The notes below the pieces were generated by a model, which was not told the origin of the DNA, ran no database searches, and worked only from the letters and a program-made list of their open reading frames with translations. DNA of 64,000 bases, from assembly GCA_964019335.1 (NCBI GenBank), contig OZ025700.1, forward strand, positions 62,001 through 126,000. The letters run 5' to 3'. Shown here piece by piece: positions 23,195 through 33,557 of the stretch (position 1 is the first letter of the stretch; each line of letters opens with the position of its first letter). The translations under genes were made by a program, and so were the position numbers. This stretch comes from Diplonema japonicum (taxonomy: Eukaryota > Protista > Euglenozoa: Diplonemea).

Positions 23195-24669
23195 TTCCTT
23201 CCCCCTTCACTTTTTTCTTTTTAAAAGGTGTGGTGGGGGTATTAATAAAAGGGCCTGAAGGTGCGTGGGGGGAAAGGGGGGGGGGAAGAGCAAGTCAAAA
23301 GAAGAAGAAAAAGATAGCAAACATAATAAAAGAGAAACTTTTGAGGCCCCATTGGCATCACTTCCTTTTTCTTTTTTTTTGCTGGCAAGAAGAAAAAAAA
23401 AATATAAATAAGAGTTAAAGGAGGCCGGTGTGCACAAGAACTGTCTACTTGATTACAGGGGAAAAAAAAGAACGAAAAAAAAAAAAACATTCAGAGAAAA
23501 AAAAAAGGTCTATGCTGGCCTTTCCTCTGTTTACTCTCTCACGTTTGACTCGCTTAAGGGGAGGTGACACCCGAGACCTGGGTCTTGAAGACTTTGGTCA
23601 TGTTGCCTTCACAAATAAATAAAAAAGAACGAAAGAAAAAACAAACAAAAGGGGGAATAAAGTAAATCTGCTTTCATCTGGATCAAATCCTACTTTTTTT
23701 ATTTCTTTTCTTTCTCTTTTTTTCTTTTAATTTGTTGGAAAAATACTTTCCCCACTCCCGTTGCCCTTTTCTCCCCCTTTTTTTTCTCCTTCCTCTCTTT
23801 TTCTAAGAAAAAGGAAGCATAAAATGGAAAGATAGACGGGGAAGGGGGGATGGAATCACCTCATCTTTTTTTTCTCGCCCCCCCCTTTTTTTTTCTTTTT
23901 ATATTTATAATAGCATTTTTTTTTTTTTTTTTTTTCGTCATGTCCTCAAAGGCCCTTCGGCTTTTAATTGCTGTTCATGATCACCTCCCATTAAAAAAAA
24001 AAAGAGAGAAAACTGCTAATTAGACACCTAAGTTTGGGAAATGCTCAAAATTGAATAGGGGTCTAGTTAGCACTCCAAAAAAAAAAGTAAACCTCCACAA
24101 CAATACCCCCCGAGAGGGCGTAGGGGAAACGCTTAGAAGAGCTGAGCGCACACACACGTAGTGGGGAGGGGGAATACATTTCAGCAAACCGAAGCCTTTT
24201 TTTTTCCTTCGGGAAACTTTTAAAAACATTAAACAGATCCTTTTTTTGGGGGGGGTACCAGAGAAGGGGAAACAAAAAAAAATATTGACACTGCTGGATA
24301 AAATTGAATGGGTGAAAACTTTTTTTTTTTCTCTTTTTTTTTTTTTTTCCCGTAAATTCAGAGGGCTATACGTCCAACCCACGATAATTAAAAGAAAAAA
24401 AAAGCGTAACAAGACCAAAAAAAAAACTTTCAATCTCTAATAAAAAAAAAAAAAAAAAGTAAATGCTTTACTACCCCATTATGTTTCACCAGAAGGACGG
24501 AAGAAGGGGGAAGAGAAAGAAGAGAGAGGAAGGAAGAAGAAAAGAACAAAAGAAGGAAAAAAGAAGAAGCTGGCAATTAAACGTTTTAATTTTTCTTTTT
24601 CTTTTCTTTATCGCATTCCCTTTTCTTTCCTCGGTTGTATATTACTACACCACGAGGTACATCATGGCT

Positions 24670-26046
24670 CTAGTGCCTCACAGCGACAACGCTGTCGATG
24701 ACCCTCATGTCGATGGAGGAGATGAGCTGCAGCTCAAGAGTGTTCTCGTCCTTAACCTTCAGCAGGCACGAGGACAGCTCACTGGTCTCGTAGCTAGGCT
24801 TGCCCGGGACAGGCACGGGGCTCTTGGTCCCGAAAGCCGTCTCCTCAGACCCAGGGGCACCACAGTACACGAATGATGTGGTGAAGTTCGATGGCTGCTT
24901 GGAGTTGCAAGCAGGCCTCTCACAAACATTCGTGGATCTCGCGTAGCTGTGAACGTGCCCCGCCAGGTACATGTCCACCTCGTACTTGTCGAACAGCTCC
25001 TGCACACCCGGGATATCCCTGCAGCAGGGACGGTGGCCACCAGCAATGATGAACTTCCTTGCATTGGGGGCACCAGATGTCCTCGCCTCGTGGGCCGCCT
25101 TCAGGTCAGCCTCAAGCCAGGCAAGGTACTGTCCCTTCGCACCGAATGACCCAGCAGGGTAGATGTCACTGTCCCCACGGTGCTCCTCACCAGCACCCTT
25201 GAAGTCAGTCTCTGTGTTCAACGACACGAAGTGAATGGGGCCGAAGTTCCACGAGTACCACATGTTCATGACACCATTGCTGGTCTTGGAGGGCATGTGC
25301 CACCTGGCGTTGAACGCGGAGAAGTTGTTCAGCTGGAGACCAGTGAAGGGGTCGGTCACGCACTCGGGGGAGTGGCACTCCGACTCGTGGTTGCCAGGGG
25401 ACACCATGTACGCAGAGGTGGCAGAAAGGTTCTGCATCCAGTTCACGTAGCCATTGTAAGCCTCCTCGTACAGCCCCCCGACGACGTCGTGTGCGAAGGC
25501 ATCGTCAGCGTAGCCAATGTCACCAAGGTGCCACACCCAGTCGATCTCACCCTGGAGCCTAAGCTTCTCCATTGTGTTACGGGTGGGAACAGCAGACCAG
25601 TTGGACTTCATCCCGCCAACAGGGAGGTCCATGGGCCTCTCCTTGCTGCCCAGCCATCCCATGTCCCCGAAGACGCTGATGGAGAGGGGGACTGTTGCAC
25701 TGCTGTCAGGGGCGGTGGTGAAGGACCACACGCTGCTCTTCTCCTGGTCACCCACCTGGTAGTAGTACTTCGTGTTGGGTTCAAGGTTCTCGAAGTCGAC
25801 GTTGTGGTGGAAACCGTGGTTCTTGTGGTACTCATTGGCGGACCCCGTCGCCTTCATGGTGATGGTGGTGGGGGTCTTCCCGTAGAAGGCGGTGCTGTCA
25901 GCCTTCTTCTTCGTGTACCACATGACGTTCATGCCGGAGGGGTTGCCCTTCGTGGTCTGCCCTTGAAAGGCAAGGTGGATCTGCTCAGGGGTGATGTCTG
26001 ACCCCTGGCAGAGCGCGACGAGCGCCAGTGCGACAACTGACTTCAT
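24670..26046 (-). CDS. Secreted purple acid phosphatase (copy 1)
   Basis: Signal peptide; FN3-like PEQIHLA...LEPNTKYYYQVG; metal motifs GDMG, GDIGYAD, GNHE, GHRP, GHVH. Confidence 0.93.
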   Translation of the reverse strand: MKSVVALALVALCQGSDITPEQIHLAFQGQTTKGNPSGMNVMWYTKKKADSTAFYGKTPTTITMKATGSANEYHKNHGFHHNVDFENLEPNTKYYYQVGDQEKSSVWSFTTAPDSSATVPLSISVFGDMGWLGSKERPMDLPVGGMKSNWSAVPTRNTMEKLRLQGEIDWVWHLGDIGYADDAFAHDVVGGLYEEAYNGYVNWMQNLSATSAYMVSPGNHESECHSPECVTDPFTGLQLNNFSAFNARWHMPSKTSNGVMNMWYSWNFGPIHFVSLNTETDFKGAGEEHRGDSDIYPAGSFGAKGQYLAWLEADLKAAHEARTSGAPNARKFIIAGGHRPCCRDIPGVQELFDKYEVDMYLAGHVHSYARSTNVCERPACNSKQPSNFTTSFVYCGAPGSEETAFGTKSPVPVPGKPSYETSELSSCLLKVKDENTLELQLISSIDMRVIDSVVAVRH

Positions 26047-27187
26047 TTTTCTTCTTTTAAGCTCTTTAAGCAATATGCCTATGTCCTGTTGTGTCGGTTA
26101 AAATGGGTGAAAAAAGAGTCAAAAAAAACAAGAGTGGGTGTTGGAACGAAGTTTTGGTGAGCCGGTCTACTTTTCTTTTTTTCTCCTTCTTTTTTTTCTG
26201 AATTCTCTTCCACCTGCCACAAAGGCGCCAAAGACACACGGTTTTGTAAGAACAGAAACAAAAGTAAGAAAGTAAAAAAAAGAATATAAAAAAAAAAATA
26301 TAAAGAAGACAGGCGGAATCCCATTACTCAAAAGGGAGAAGAAAGGGGAGTAAAAAAATTTTTTTTTCTTCTTCTTTTTTTAATATTTTTTTTATTTTAC
26401 TCGCCACAGAGGAAGAATAAGGAAGAAGGGGGAGAAGACAGTAAACAACAAGTTACTTTCTTTTTCTTTTTTCTTCATTCTCCCATAGAGAAACAAGGAA
26501 ACAAGAAAAAAAAATTTTGCACTCAGCAGCGACCACCATGAGAAGGGCCCTGTCAACACTGAGTCGGGGGAGAATGCTTTTTTCCCCCCCCCTTATTTTT
26601 ATTTCGCTTTCCCCATTCAAAGAAGAAAAAAAAAAGAAAGATATCTTCCTATGAATCTTCAGTATTCCCCTACAACAGAAAAAGGGGAAAACACCTTTTG
26701 AAAAGCTCTGCAAACGAATATAATTAAAAAAAGAAAAACCTGGAAGAATCAAAAAAAAGAAATCTTTTTTAAAACCAAACTAGTATTACCTTTTATCACT
26801 AAACGAAAAGTGCTACCCCCCTGGGGGGGTGCGAAGCAAAAAAAAGAGAATAAAAAAAAAGAAGAGAACCAAAGAAGTGGTGTTCACTTGATGTCAAGCT
26901 CAGACCACCACCTCTGAATTCACGTTGATCAAACATAAATCAAATAAGTAGAATAAAAGGAAATCAAAACGTAAGCTTTTTTTTTTTTTTTCTCCCCCCG
27001 CTCGTGCGCACAAACAAATGAAGCGCCAGACTACTTTTTTAAGAGGGTTTTTAAGAAGGTTCCAAGAGGCAAAGAAGGTTTGAGAGGAAAGGTACCACCA
27101 GCACTTAAACATGCTATCAGTACGAACAAGAAATTTGCAAAAGGGGCTGCCACACTACACACGCCATCACACACGTGCAGCAGGAGG

Positions 27188-28561
27188 CTACCTGTGCATC
27201 TGGAAGGAGTCGATGACCCTCGCGTCGATGGAGGAGATGAGTTGCAGCTCAAGCGTGTTGTCGTCCTTAACCTTCAGCAGGCACGAGGACAGCTCGGGGG
27301 TCGCAAACGTGGGCTTCCCAGGAATAGGGGAAGGCCCAGAGGTCACGAAGTCCGTCTCCTCAGACCCAGTCCCACCACAGTACATGAACGAGGTGCTGAA
27401 GTTGGACGGAACGTTTGACGAGCAAGCTGGCCTCTCGCACACACCAGCAGACCTAGCGAATGTGTGAGCATGTCCTGCCACGTACAGGTCCACCTCGTAC
27501 TTGTCGAACAGCTGCTGCACTCCCGGGATATCCCCACAGCAGGGACGGTGGCCACCAGCAACAATCCACTTCCTTGCATTGGGGGCACCAGATGTCCTCG
27601 CCTCGTGGGCCGCCTTCAAGTCAGCCTCAAGCCACTCCATGTACTGTCCCTTCGCACCGAATGACCCAGCAGGGTAGATCCCACTGTCCCCACGGTGCTC
27701 CTCACCAGCACCAGGGAAGTCAGTCTCTGTGTTCAACGACACGAAGTGAATGGGGCCGAAGTTCCACGAGTACCACATGTTCATGACACCATTGCTGGTC
27801 TTGGAGGGCATGTGCCACCTGGCGTTGAACGCGGAGAAGTTGTTCAGCTGGAGACCAGTCACAGGGTCTGTCACGCACTCGGGGGAGTGGCACTCCGACT
27901 CGTGGTTGCCAGGGGACACCATGTACGCAGAGTTTGCCGAAAGGTTCTGCATCCAGTTCACGAAGCCATTGTAAGCCTCCTCGTACAGCCCCCCGACGAC
28001 GTCGTGACCGAAGGCATCGTCAGCGTAAGCGATGTCACCAAGGTGCCACACCCAGTCGATCTCACCCTGGAGCCTAAGCTTCTCCATTGTGTTACGGGTG
28101 GGAACAGCAGACCAGTTGGACTTCATCCCGCCAACAGGGAGGTCCATGGGCCTCTCCTTGCTGCCCAGCCATCCCATGTCCCCGAAGACGCTGATGGAGA
28201 GGGGGACTGTTGCACTGCTGTCAGGGGCGGTGGTGAAGGACCACACGCTGCTCTTCTCCTGGTCACCCACCTGGTAGTAGTACTTCGTGTTGGGTTCAAG
28301 GTTCTCGAAGTCGACGTTGTGGTGGAAACCGTGGCCAAGGTGGTATTCCCTGGCGGACCCCGTCGCCTTCATGGTGATGGTGGTGGGGGTCTTCCCGTAG
28401 AAGGCGGTGCTGTCAGCCTTCTTCTTCGTGTACCACATGACGTTCATGCCGGAGGGGTTGCCCTTCGTGGTCTGCCCTTGGAAGGCAAGGTGGATCTGCT
28501 CAGGGGTGATGTCTGACCCCTGGCAGAGCGCGACGAGCGCCAGTGCGATGACAGTTCTCAT
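27188..28561 (-). CDS. Secreted purple acid phosphatase (copy 2)
   Basis: Same motifs (GDMG, GDIAYAD, GNHE, GHAH); start ATG 28561. Confidence 0.93.
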   Translation of the reverse strand: MRTVIALALVALCQGSDITPEQIHLAFQGQTTKGNPSGMNVMWYTKKKADSTAFYGKTPTTITMKATGSAREYHLGHGFHHNVDFENLEPNTKYYYQVGDQEKSSVWSFTTAPDSSATVPLSISVFGDMGWLGSKERPMDLPVGGMKSNWSAVPTRNTMEKLRLQGEIDWVWHLGDIAYADDAFGHDVVGGLYEEAYNGFVNWMQNLSANSAYMVSPGNHESECHSPECVTDPVTGLQLNNFSAFNARWHMPSKTSNGVMNMWYSWNFGPIHFVSLNTETDFPGAGEEHRGDSGIYPAGSFGAKGQYMEWLEADLKAAHEARTSGAPNARKWIVAGGHRPCCGDIPGVQQLFDKYEVDLYVAGHAHTFARSAGVCERPACSSNVPSNFSTSFMYCGGTGSEETDFVTSGPSPIPGKPTFATPELSSCLLKVKDDNTLELQLISSIDARVIDSFQMHR

Positions 28562-29307
28562 TATTCTTTGTAGTGGTTCACCCTGTGTTACTTTAATTAA
28601 AAAGGCCAACAAAGCACTTGCGTAATTTAAGAAAAGAAAGATGCGCAGAATGTCTGTTCTTTATCAGGAGAAATGGGTTCAGTCGCGTTTTTTGTTTTTG
28701 GTTTCTTTTTCTTTTTTCTTGTTCTTTTTTTTTTTTTTTTTAGTCACCGTTCTTTCCTGTTGGTGTCAGCACACGTGGATACAACAGAAGATTTCGGACG
28801 CCGAAAGGAATAGAAGAGAGTTATGGGAATGTGCGGTTTCTATTAAGAAATTCAAAGTAAAAGGCAATCCTACTTGAGGACAGCCTCTTGTAAAAGAAGG
28901 AATCCCTTTTGTTTAGACTAGCCAAAGTCCCGTTCTTGTAAAAAGAAAAACTAGAAAATGGCCTTTCGGCGAGCCTTCTTAAAAAGACCTTTCCCGAAAG
29001 GGGGGGGGGGATGTTTTTTTTTCTCATTCTTCCGTTTCTTTCTTTCTCTTGTTTTCGTGCCCCGTCAAAGGAGGCCATTCAGGGGGCACGTGGTCGGAGC
29101 TCTGGAATAAAAAAGACATCAAAGAGGGGCGGGGGCTTCAAAAAATTAAAAAGAAGAAGTGAGAGGGTTTTTTTTGTTTCATTCATTCTGCATGTCACCA
29201 GAGTTCGAGGAAGAAGAGAGCGGGTGAGGGTGAACAAGAAGAGCATCTTCTTGTCCTCGATTGTTCTTCACACACACGCCATCACAAACTACACGTGCAG
29301 CAGGAGG

Positions 29308-30681
29308 CTACCTGTGCATCTGGAAGGAGTCGATGACCCTCGCGTCGATGGAGGAGATGAGCTGCAGCTCAAGCGTGTTGTCGTCCTTCACCTTCAGCAG
29401 GCACGAGGACAGCTCGGGGGTCGCAAACGTGGGACTCCCAGGAATAGGGGAAGGCCCAGAGGTCACGAAGTCCGTCTCCTCAGACCCAGTCCCACCACAG
29501 TACATGAACGAGGTGCTGAAGTTGGACGGGACGTTTGACGTGCAAGCAGGCTTCTCGCACACACCAGCAGACCTAGCGAATGTGTGAGCATGCCCAGACA
29601 CGTACAGGTCCACCTCGTACTTGTCGAACAGCTGCTGCACACCAGGAATCTCCCCACAGCAGGGACGGTGGCCACCAGCAACAATCCACTTCCTTGCATT
29701 GGGGGCACCAGATGTCCTCGCCTCGTGGGCCGCCTTCAAGTCAGCCTCAAGCCACTCCATGTACTGTCCCTTCGCACCGAATGACCCAGCAGGGTAGATC
29801 CCACTGTCCCCACGGTGCTCCTCACCAGCACCAGGGAAGTCAGTCTCTGTGTTCAACGACACGAAGTGAATGGGGCCGAAGTTCCACGAGTACCACATGT
29901 TCATGACACCATTGCTGGTCTTGGAGGGCATGTGCCACCTGGCGTTGAACGCGGAGAAGTTGTTCAGCTGGAGACCAGTCACAGGGTCTGTCACGCACTC
30001 GGGGGAGTGGCACTCCGACTCGTGGTTGCCAGGGGACACCATGTACGCAGAGTTTGCCGAAAGGTTCTGCATCCAGTTCACGAAGCCATTGTAAGCCTCC
30101 TCGTACAGCCCCCCGACGACGTCGTGACCGAAGGCATCGTCAGCGTAAGCGATGTCACCAAGGTGCCACACCCAGTCGATCTCACCCTGGAGCCTAAGCT
30201 TCTCCATTGTGTTACGGGTGGGAACAGCAGACCAGTTGGACTTCATCCCGCCAACAGGGAGGTCCATGGGCCTCTCCTTGCTGCCCAGCCATCCCATGTC
30301 CCCGAAGACGCTGATGGAGAGGGGGACTGTTGCACTGCTGTCAGGGGCGGTGGTGAAGGACCACACGCTGCTCTTCTCCTGGTCACCCACCTGGTAGTAG
30401 TACTTCGTGTTGGGTTCAAGGTTCTCGAAGTCGACGTTGTGGTGGAAACCGTGGCCAAGGTGGTATTCCCTGGCGGACCCCGTCGCCTTCATGGTGATGG
30501 TGGTGGGGGTCTTCCCGTAGAAGGCGGTGCTGTCAGCCTTCTTCTTCGTGTACCACATGACGTTCATGCCGGAGGGGTTGCCCTTCGTGGTCTGCCCTTG
30601 GAAGGCAAGGTGGATCTGCTCAGGGGTGATGTCTGACCCCTGGCAGAGCGCGATGAGCGCCAGTGCGATGACAGTTCTCAT
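29308..30681 (-). CDS. Secreted purple acid phosphatase (copy 3)
   Basis: Same motifs; start ATG 30681. Confidence 0.93.
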   Translation of the reverse strand: MRTVIALALIALCQGSDITPEQIHLAFQGQTTKGNPSGMNVMWYTKKKADSTAFYGKTPTTITMKATGSAREYHLGHGFHHNVDFENLEPNTKYYYQVGDQEKSSVWSFTTAPDSSATVPLSISVFGDMGWLGSKERPMDLPVGGMKSNWSAVPTRNTMEKLRLQGEIDWVWHLGDIAYADDAFGHDVVGGLYEEAYNGFVNWMQNLSANSAYMVSPGNHESECHSPECVTDPVTGLQLNNFSAFNARWHMPSKTSNGVMNMWYSWNFGPIHFVSLNTETDFPGAGEEHRGDSGIYPAGSFGAKGQYMEWLEADLKAAHEARTSGAPNARKWIVAGGHRPCCGEIPGVQQLFDKYEVDLYVSGHAHTFARSAGVCEKPACTSNVPSNFSTSFMYCGGTGSEETDFVTSGPSPIPGSPTFATPELSSCLLKVKDDNTLELQLISSIDARVIDSFQMHR

Positions 30682-30782
30682 GTGCGCGTGTTTTTTTTTT
30701 TTTTTCTCTTTTAGTTCCTGAAGCATAATGTGACAAAAAAAAAAGCAGCAACGAAAAAATTAAGGATCAGTCATTGTTCTAC

Positions 30783-33500
30783 TTAAAATGCCTCCACTTC
30801 AGATAAACCGATGATGGGGATGGTGCGCGAAGTGAGGATAAGGTTGCAGAGTGGGTACAGTTGCTGTTGCTGTACCTGAGCGACGACCTTAGTGAAGCGC
30901 CCCGTGATGAGAGACTTGGCAGCTTGCTTGAGACGGCGCCGGCTCTTCTTTTCTTGCAGCTTGCCTGCGCCCCACTCTTCGGGGGTGGCGTAAGGATGCA
31001 CTGTTGTTCGTGGGCGGGTCCAACCCCCAAGCCGTCGTTTCATGAAACCCAAAAGAGCTGGGAACTCTGCTTGTCTAGCCTTGTCTCGAGAGACTTCCGT
31101 GCACTCCTTCGTGGGTTCCACACGTTCAGGGAAGATATAATTACAGAGCATTCCCTCTAGGTCCTGCACATCGTGCTGCCATTGTTCATGTTTGTCACCT
31201 TTGTCTTCACTCAGCGCATCGAGTTTTCTCAGTACTATGCTGACGAAGGCTTCCACAGCATCGTTGGTGGCGTCAGTTATCTCGAGATCGCAAGTGGTCA
31301 TTGTGTCGTGAAGGGATTTCACCACCACAGGCCGCGTGGCAAACAGTTGTCCATCATTCTCGACTGATGTCTTTGTGACGTTCATCTCAAAAATGGTACG
31401 GAATTTAAGCACCCTGCTCAGTATCTGCCGCCGCAAGGTTGCTATCAGCAATGACTCCCCTTCCAAGGTTACATCGAATTGCCTCAGGATCGGAAGCTTG
31501 TCCGTCAGTGTATCAACAACTAATTCTGGCAACGCGCACCCAACGTATTTTAGCGCCGCCTTGTCGCTCATTGGTACGTGCCCATATAGATTCTCCACCA
31601 AACTACACCAATCCCCAGCCTGTATCACCAGCTCGTCCACTCGTTTTTGCGTTAAAAACGGTGCTATTGCTTCCCTGATCTGGTCCAATTGTACTTCGAC
31701 CTGAACCACGACCCACAGCCCGATCCTGCGCTCTAAGCAGCTCAGGAACATGTTCACTACAGGGTCCTGTCTTATCGATGCGCACCCATCAAGCAGGCTG
31801 TACATCATGCTTATCTCGTGGTCGCCGAAGGTGTGGCTCATGTACTTGCCTAGATACCTTGTAAAAGGCAACAAGGGCAGTTTAGCCATCCCAAAGCCTT
31901 TGAGCTCCTCCTCAGACACGAGTTTGAATATGTCCCTTATGATGCTGTGGATCTGCTGCCGTGACAAGCCTACGGAAGGAAGCTGTTCATGCTCCCATCG
32001 TAGGGGCGGTGGGACAGCACTGCTGCTTCCCATCGGTGCGAAGGTGACATCGTGCGGAACGACATCGTCCGTGCCAGCTAGCTGGAGGGAGATGTCTTTC
32101 TGCTTCACCATTGCGGCGATCATTGCGTTGGAGTTGTACAGCAAGGTGCGCAACTCCCCCAACACCTTCGCAGCGCGCGCGACAGCTTCACGTGTGTTGC
32201 TGCATTTCACCGGGAACTGCGCCTCGCTGTTACCACCAGGGGGCAGCACCGTGGCATTCGCCAACCTACTTATCCTGGGCCGCGGTGTGAGGTTCTCAGT
32301 AGAAGCTGTACTTATCTTGTTCTGCGAGGGGACGTTCTTTTTCTTCAGAAGATTCTCCTTCAAGTTGATTATCTGTTCCTCTAAGTTGTCGATGTCGCAC
32401 TGCTTCACAACCAGCTTCTCTTCCAGTGTAGCCAGGTCCTGCCTCACCCTGTAGTTGGAGGTCAGTTCGCTGTACAGTTGCTTATTGACGTTCACGACTT
32501 CTTTTTCCGCGCTCTGCGCACGCAGCTCGGTTTCGATAAGTTTTGCCTGAAGCTCTTCTTCCTGTACCTTGAGCGTCCGGATGGTGTGCACATACCCACG
32601 GCGTTGGCTTTCCCATTCGATGCACTGCAACTTAAAATCCGCCATTTTCTGTGACATGGACTCGGACTCGTTCTTGGCGTTCGCTCTCACTTGTTCCAAG
32701 TCTTCTGTGAGCAACCTGTTCGCATGCACCAGCCTTGCCACGCGGCCCCTGTACGTGTCATGCAGCTTCTCCAGCTCTTTCTTGCTGTGTGACGCCAGCC
32801 TGCTCAGTTCGTTGTTGTACCGTGCTTGGTGTCGGGAGTTTTCTTTCTCGAGACTTTCCATCTTCATCGCCACGCATTTTATCAGCACTGCAGCAACATG
32901 GCGCACCTCGGTGTCGTAATTGGTGTGTTCCTCTAGAACGCCCAGCACGGCCACTAAATGCTCCATAAACTGCGCCTTCGAGAGCGAGCACAGATTCAGC
33001 TCATCGTTCAGGGGTTTTAGGACGGCTGTGAACACGCCGAACTTCGACTCAGCCTCGCTATCGTCATCTGAACTATCAGCAGGTATCCAAGGCATGTCGT
33101 AGCATGAGCCTAATGGACGGCGTAAGTTTCTATTTGGAGTTCTCGGAGTTCCTCCTTGACTAAATGCACTACGACTGTTCGGGCTTCCTCTTGGAGTGCG
33201 TGGGCTTTTTCCTGGAGTGCGTGGGCTGCGTGGGCTTCCTCTTGTGTTGCGCGGGCTTCCGTGCAAGAAGCCAAAAGGATTGTACTTTTTACTCTTTTTT
33301 TGACCAAGTAGCAAAAACGAATTGCTCAATTTCAGGATTGGCTGTGTCTTGTCATCGGGCCTGACATTCTGTTGGGAGGACAACGCAATGGAAACCTGTT
33401 TGAAAGGTTTCTTGTTCTTTTGCACACTAAGTCCACCATTCCTGAATCTAAAACTCTCCCTCGCATTAGATGGCTTCGTGGGGGCAATGCCCCCCGGCAT
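30783..33500 (-). CDS. Large coiled-coil protein, TSNAXIP1-like
   Basis: 905 aa; SPR/TPR-rich N-terminus, long coiled coil, LTPRP, then MG...VPPPLRW...IIRDIF...YM...FG..MYSL, recalling the TSNAXIP1 family. Family call is from memory. Confidence 0.6.
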   Translation of the reverse strand: MPGGIAPTKPSNARESFRFRNGGLSVQKNKKPFKQVSIALSSQQNVRPDDKTQPILKLSNSFLLLGQKKSKKYNPFGFLHGSPRNTRGSPRSPRTPGKSPRTPRGSPNSRSAFSQGGTPRTPNRNLRRPLGSCYDMPWIPADSSDDDSEAESKFGVFTAVLKPLNDELNLCSLSKAQFMEHLVAVLGVLEEHTNYDTEVRHVAAVLIKCVAMKMESLEKENSRHQARYNNELSRLASHSKKELEKLHDTYRGRVARLVHANRLLTEDLEQVRANAKNESESMSQKMADFKLQCIEWESQRRGYVHTIRTLKVQEEELQAKLIETELRAQSAEKEVVNVNKQLYSELTSNYRVRQDLATLEEKLVVKQCDIDNLEEQIINLKENLLKKKNVPSQNKISTASTENLTPRPRISRLANATVLPPGGNSEAQFPVKCSNTREAVARAAKVLGELRTLLYNSNAMIAAMVKQKDISLQLAGTDDVVPHDVTFAPMGSSSAVPPPLRWEHEQLPSVGLSRQQIHSIIRDIFKLVSEEELKGFGMAKLPLLPFTRYLGKYMSHTFGDHEISMMYSLLDGCASIRQDPVVNMFLSCLERRIGLWVVVQVEVQLDQIREAIAPFLTQKRVDELVIQAGDWCSLVENLYGHVPMSDKAALKYVGCALPELVVDTLTDKLPILRQFDVTLEGESLLIATLRRQILSRVLKFRTIFEMNVTKTSVENDGQLFATRPVVVKSLHDTMTTCDLEITDATNDAVEAFVSIVLRKLDALSEDKGDKHEQWQHDVQDLEGMLCNYIFPERVEPTKECTEVSRDKARQAEFPALLGFMKRRLGGWTRPRTTVHPYATPEEWGAGKLQEKKSRRRLKQAAKSLITGRFTKVVAQVQQQQLYPLCNLILTSRTIPIIGLSEVEAF

Positions 33501-33557
33501 GTTCGTGCCTGGTGTGCGGTGTGACCATCGTGAGCGTGAATAATACTCGGTAGGTAC

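Noticed and set aside
25180-30636. 273-aa plus-strand ORFs (25180-26001, 27695-28516, 29815-30636)
   Set aside because: Antisense shadows of the GC3-rich phosphatase genes; no independent motifs.
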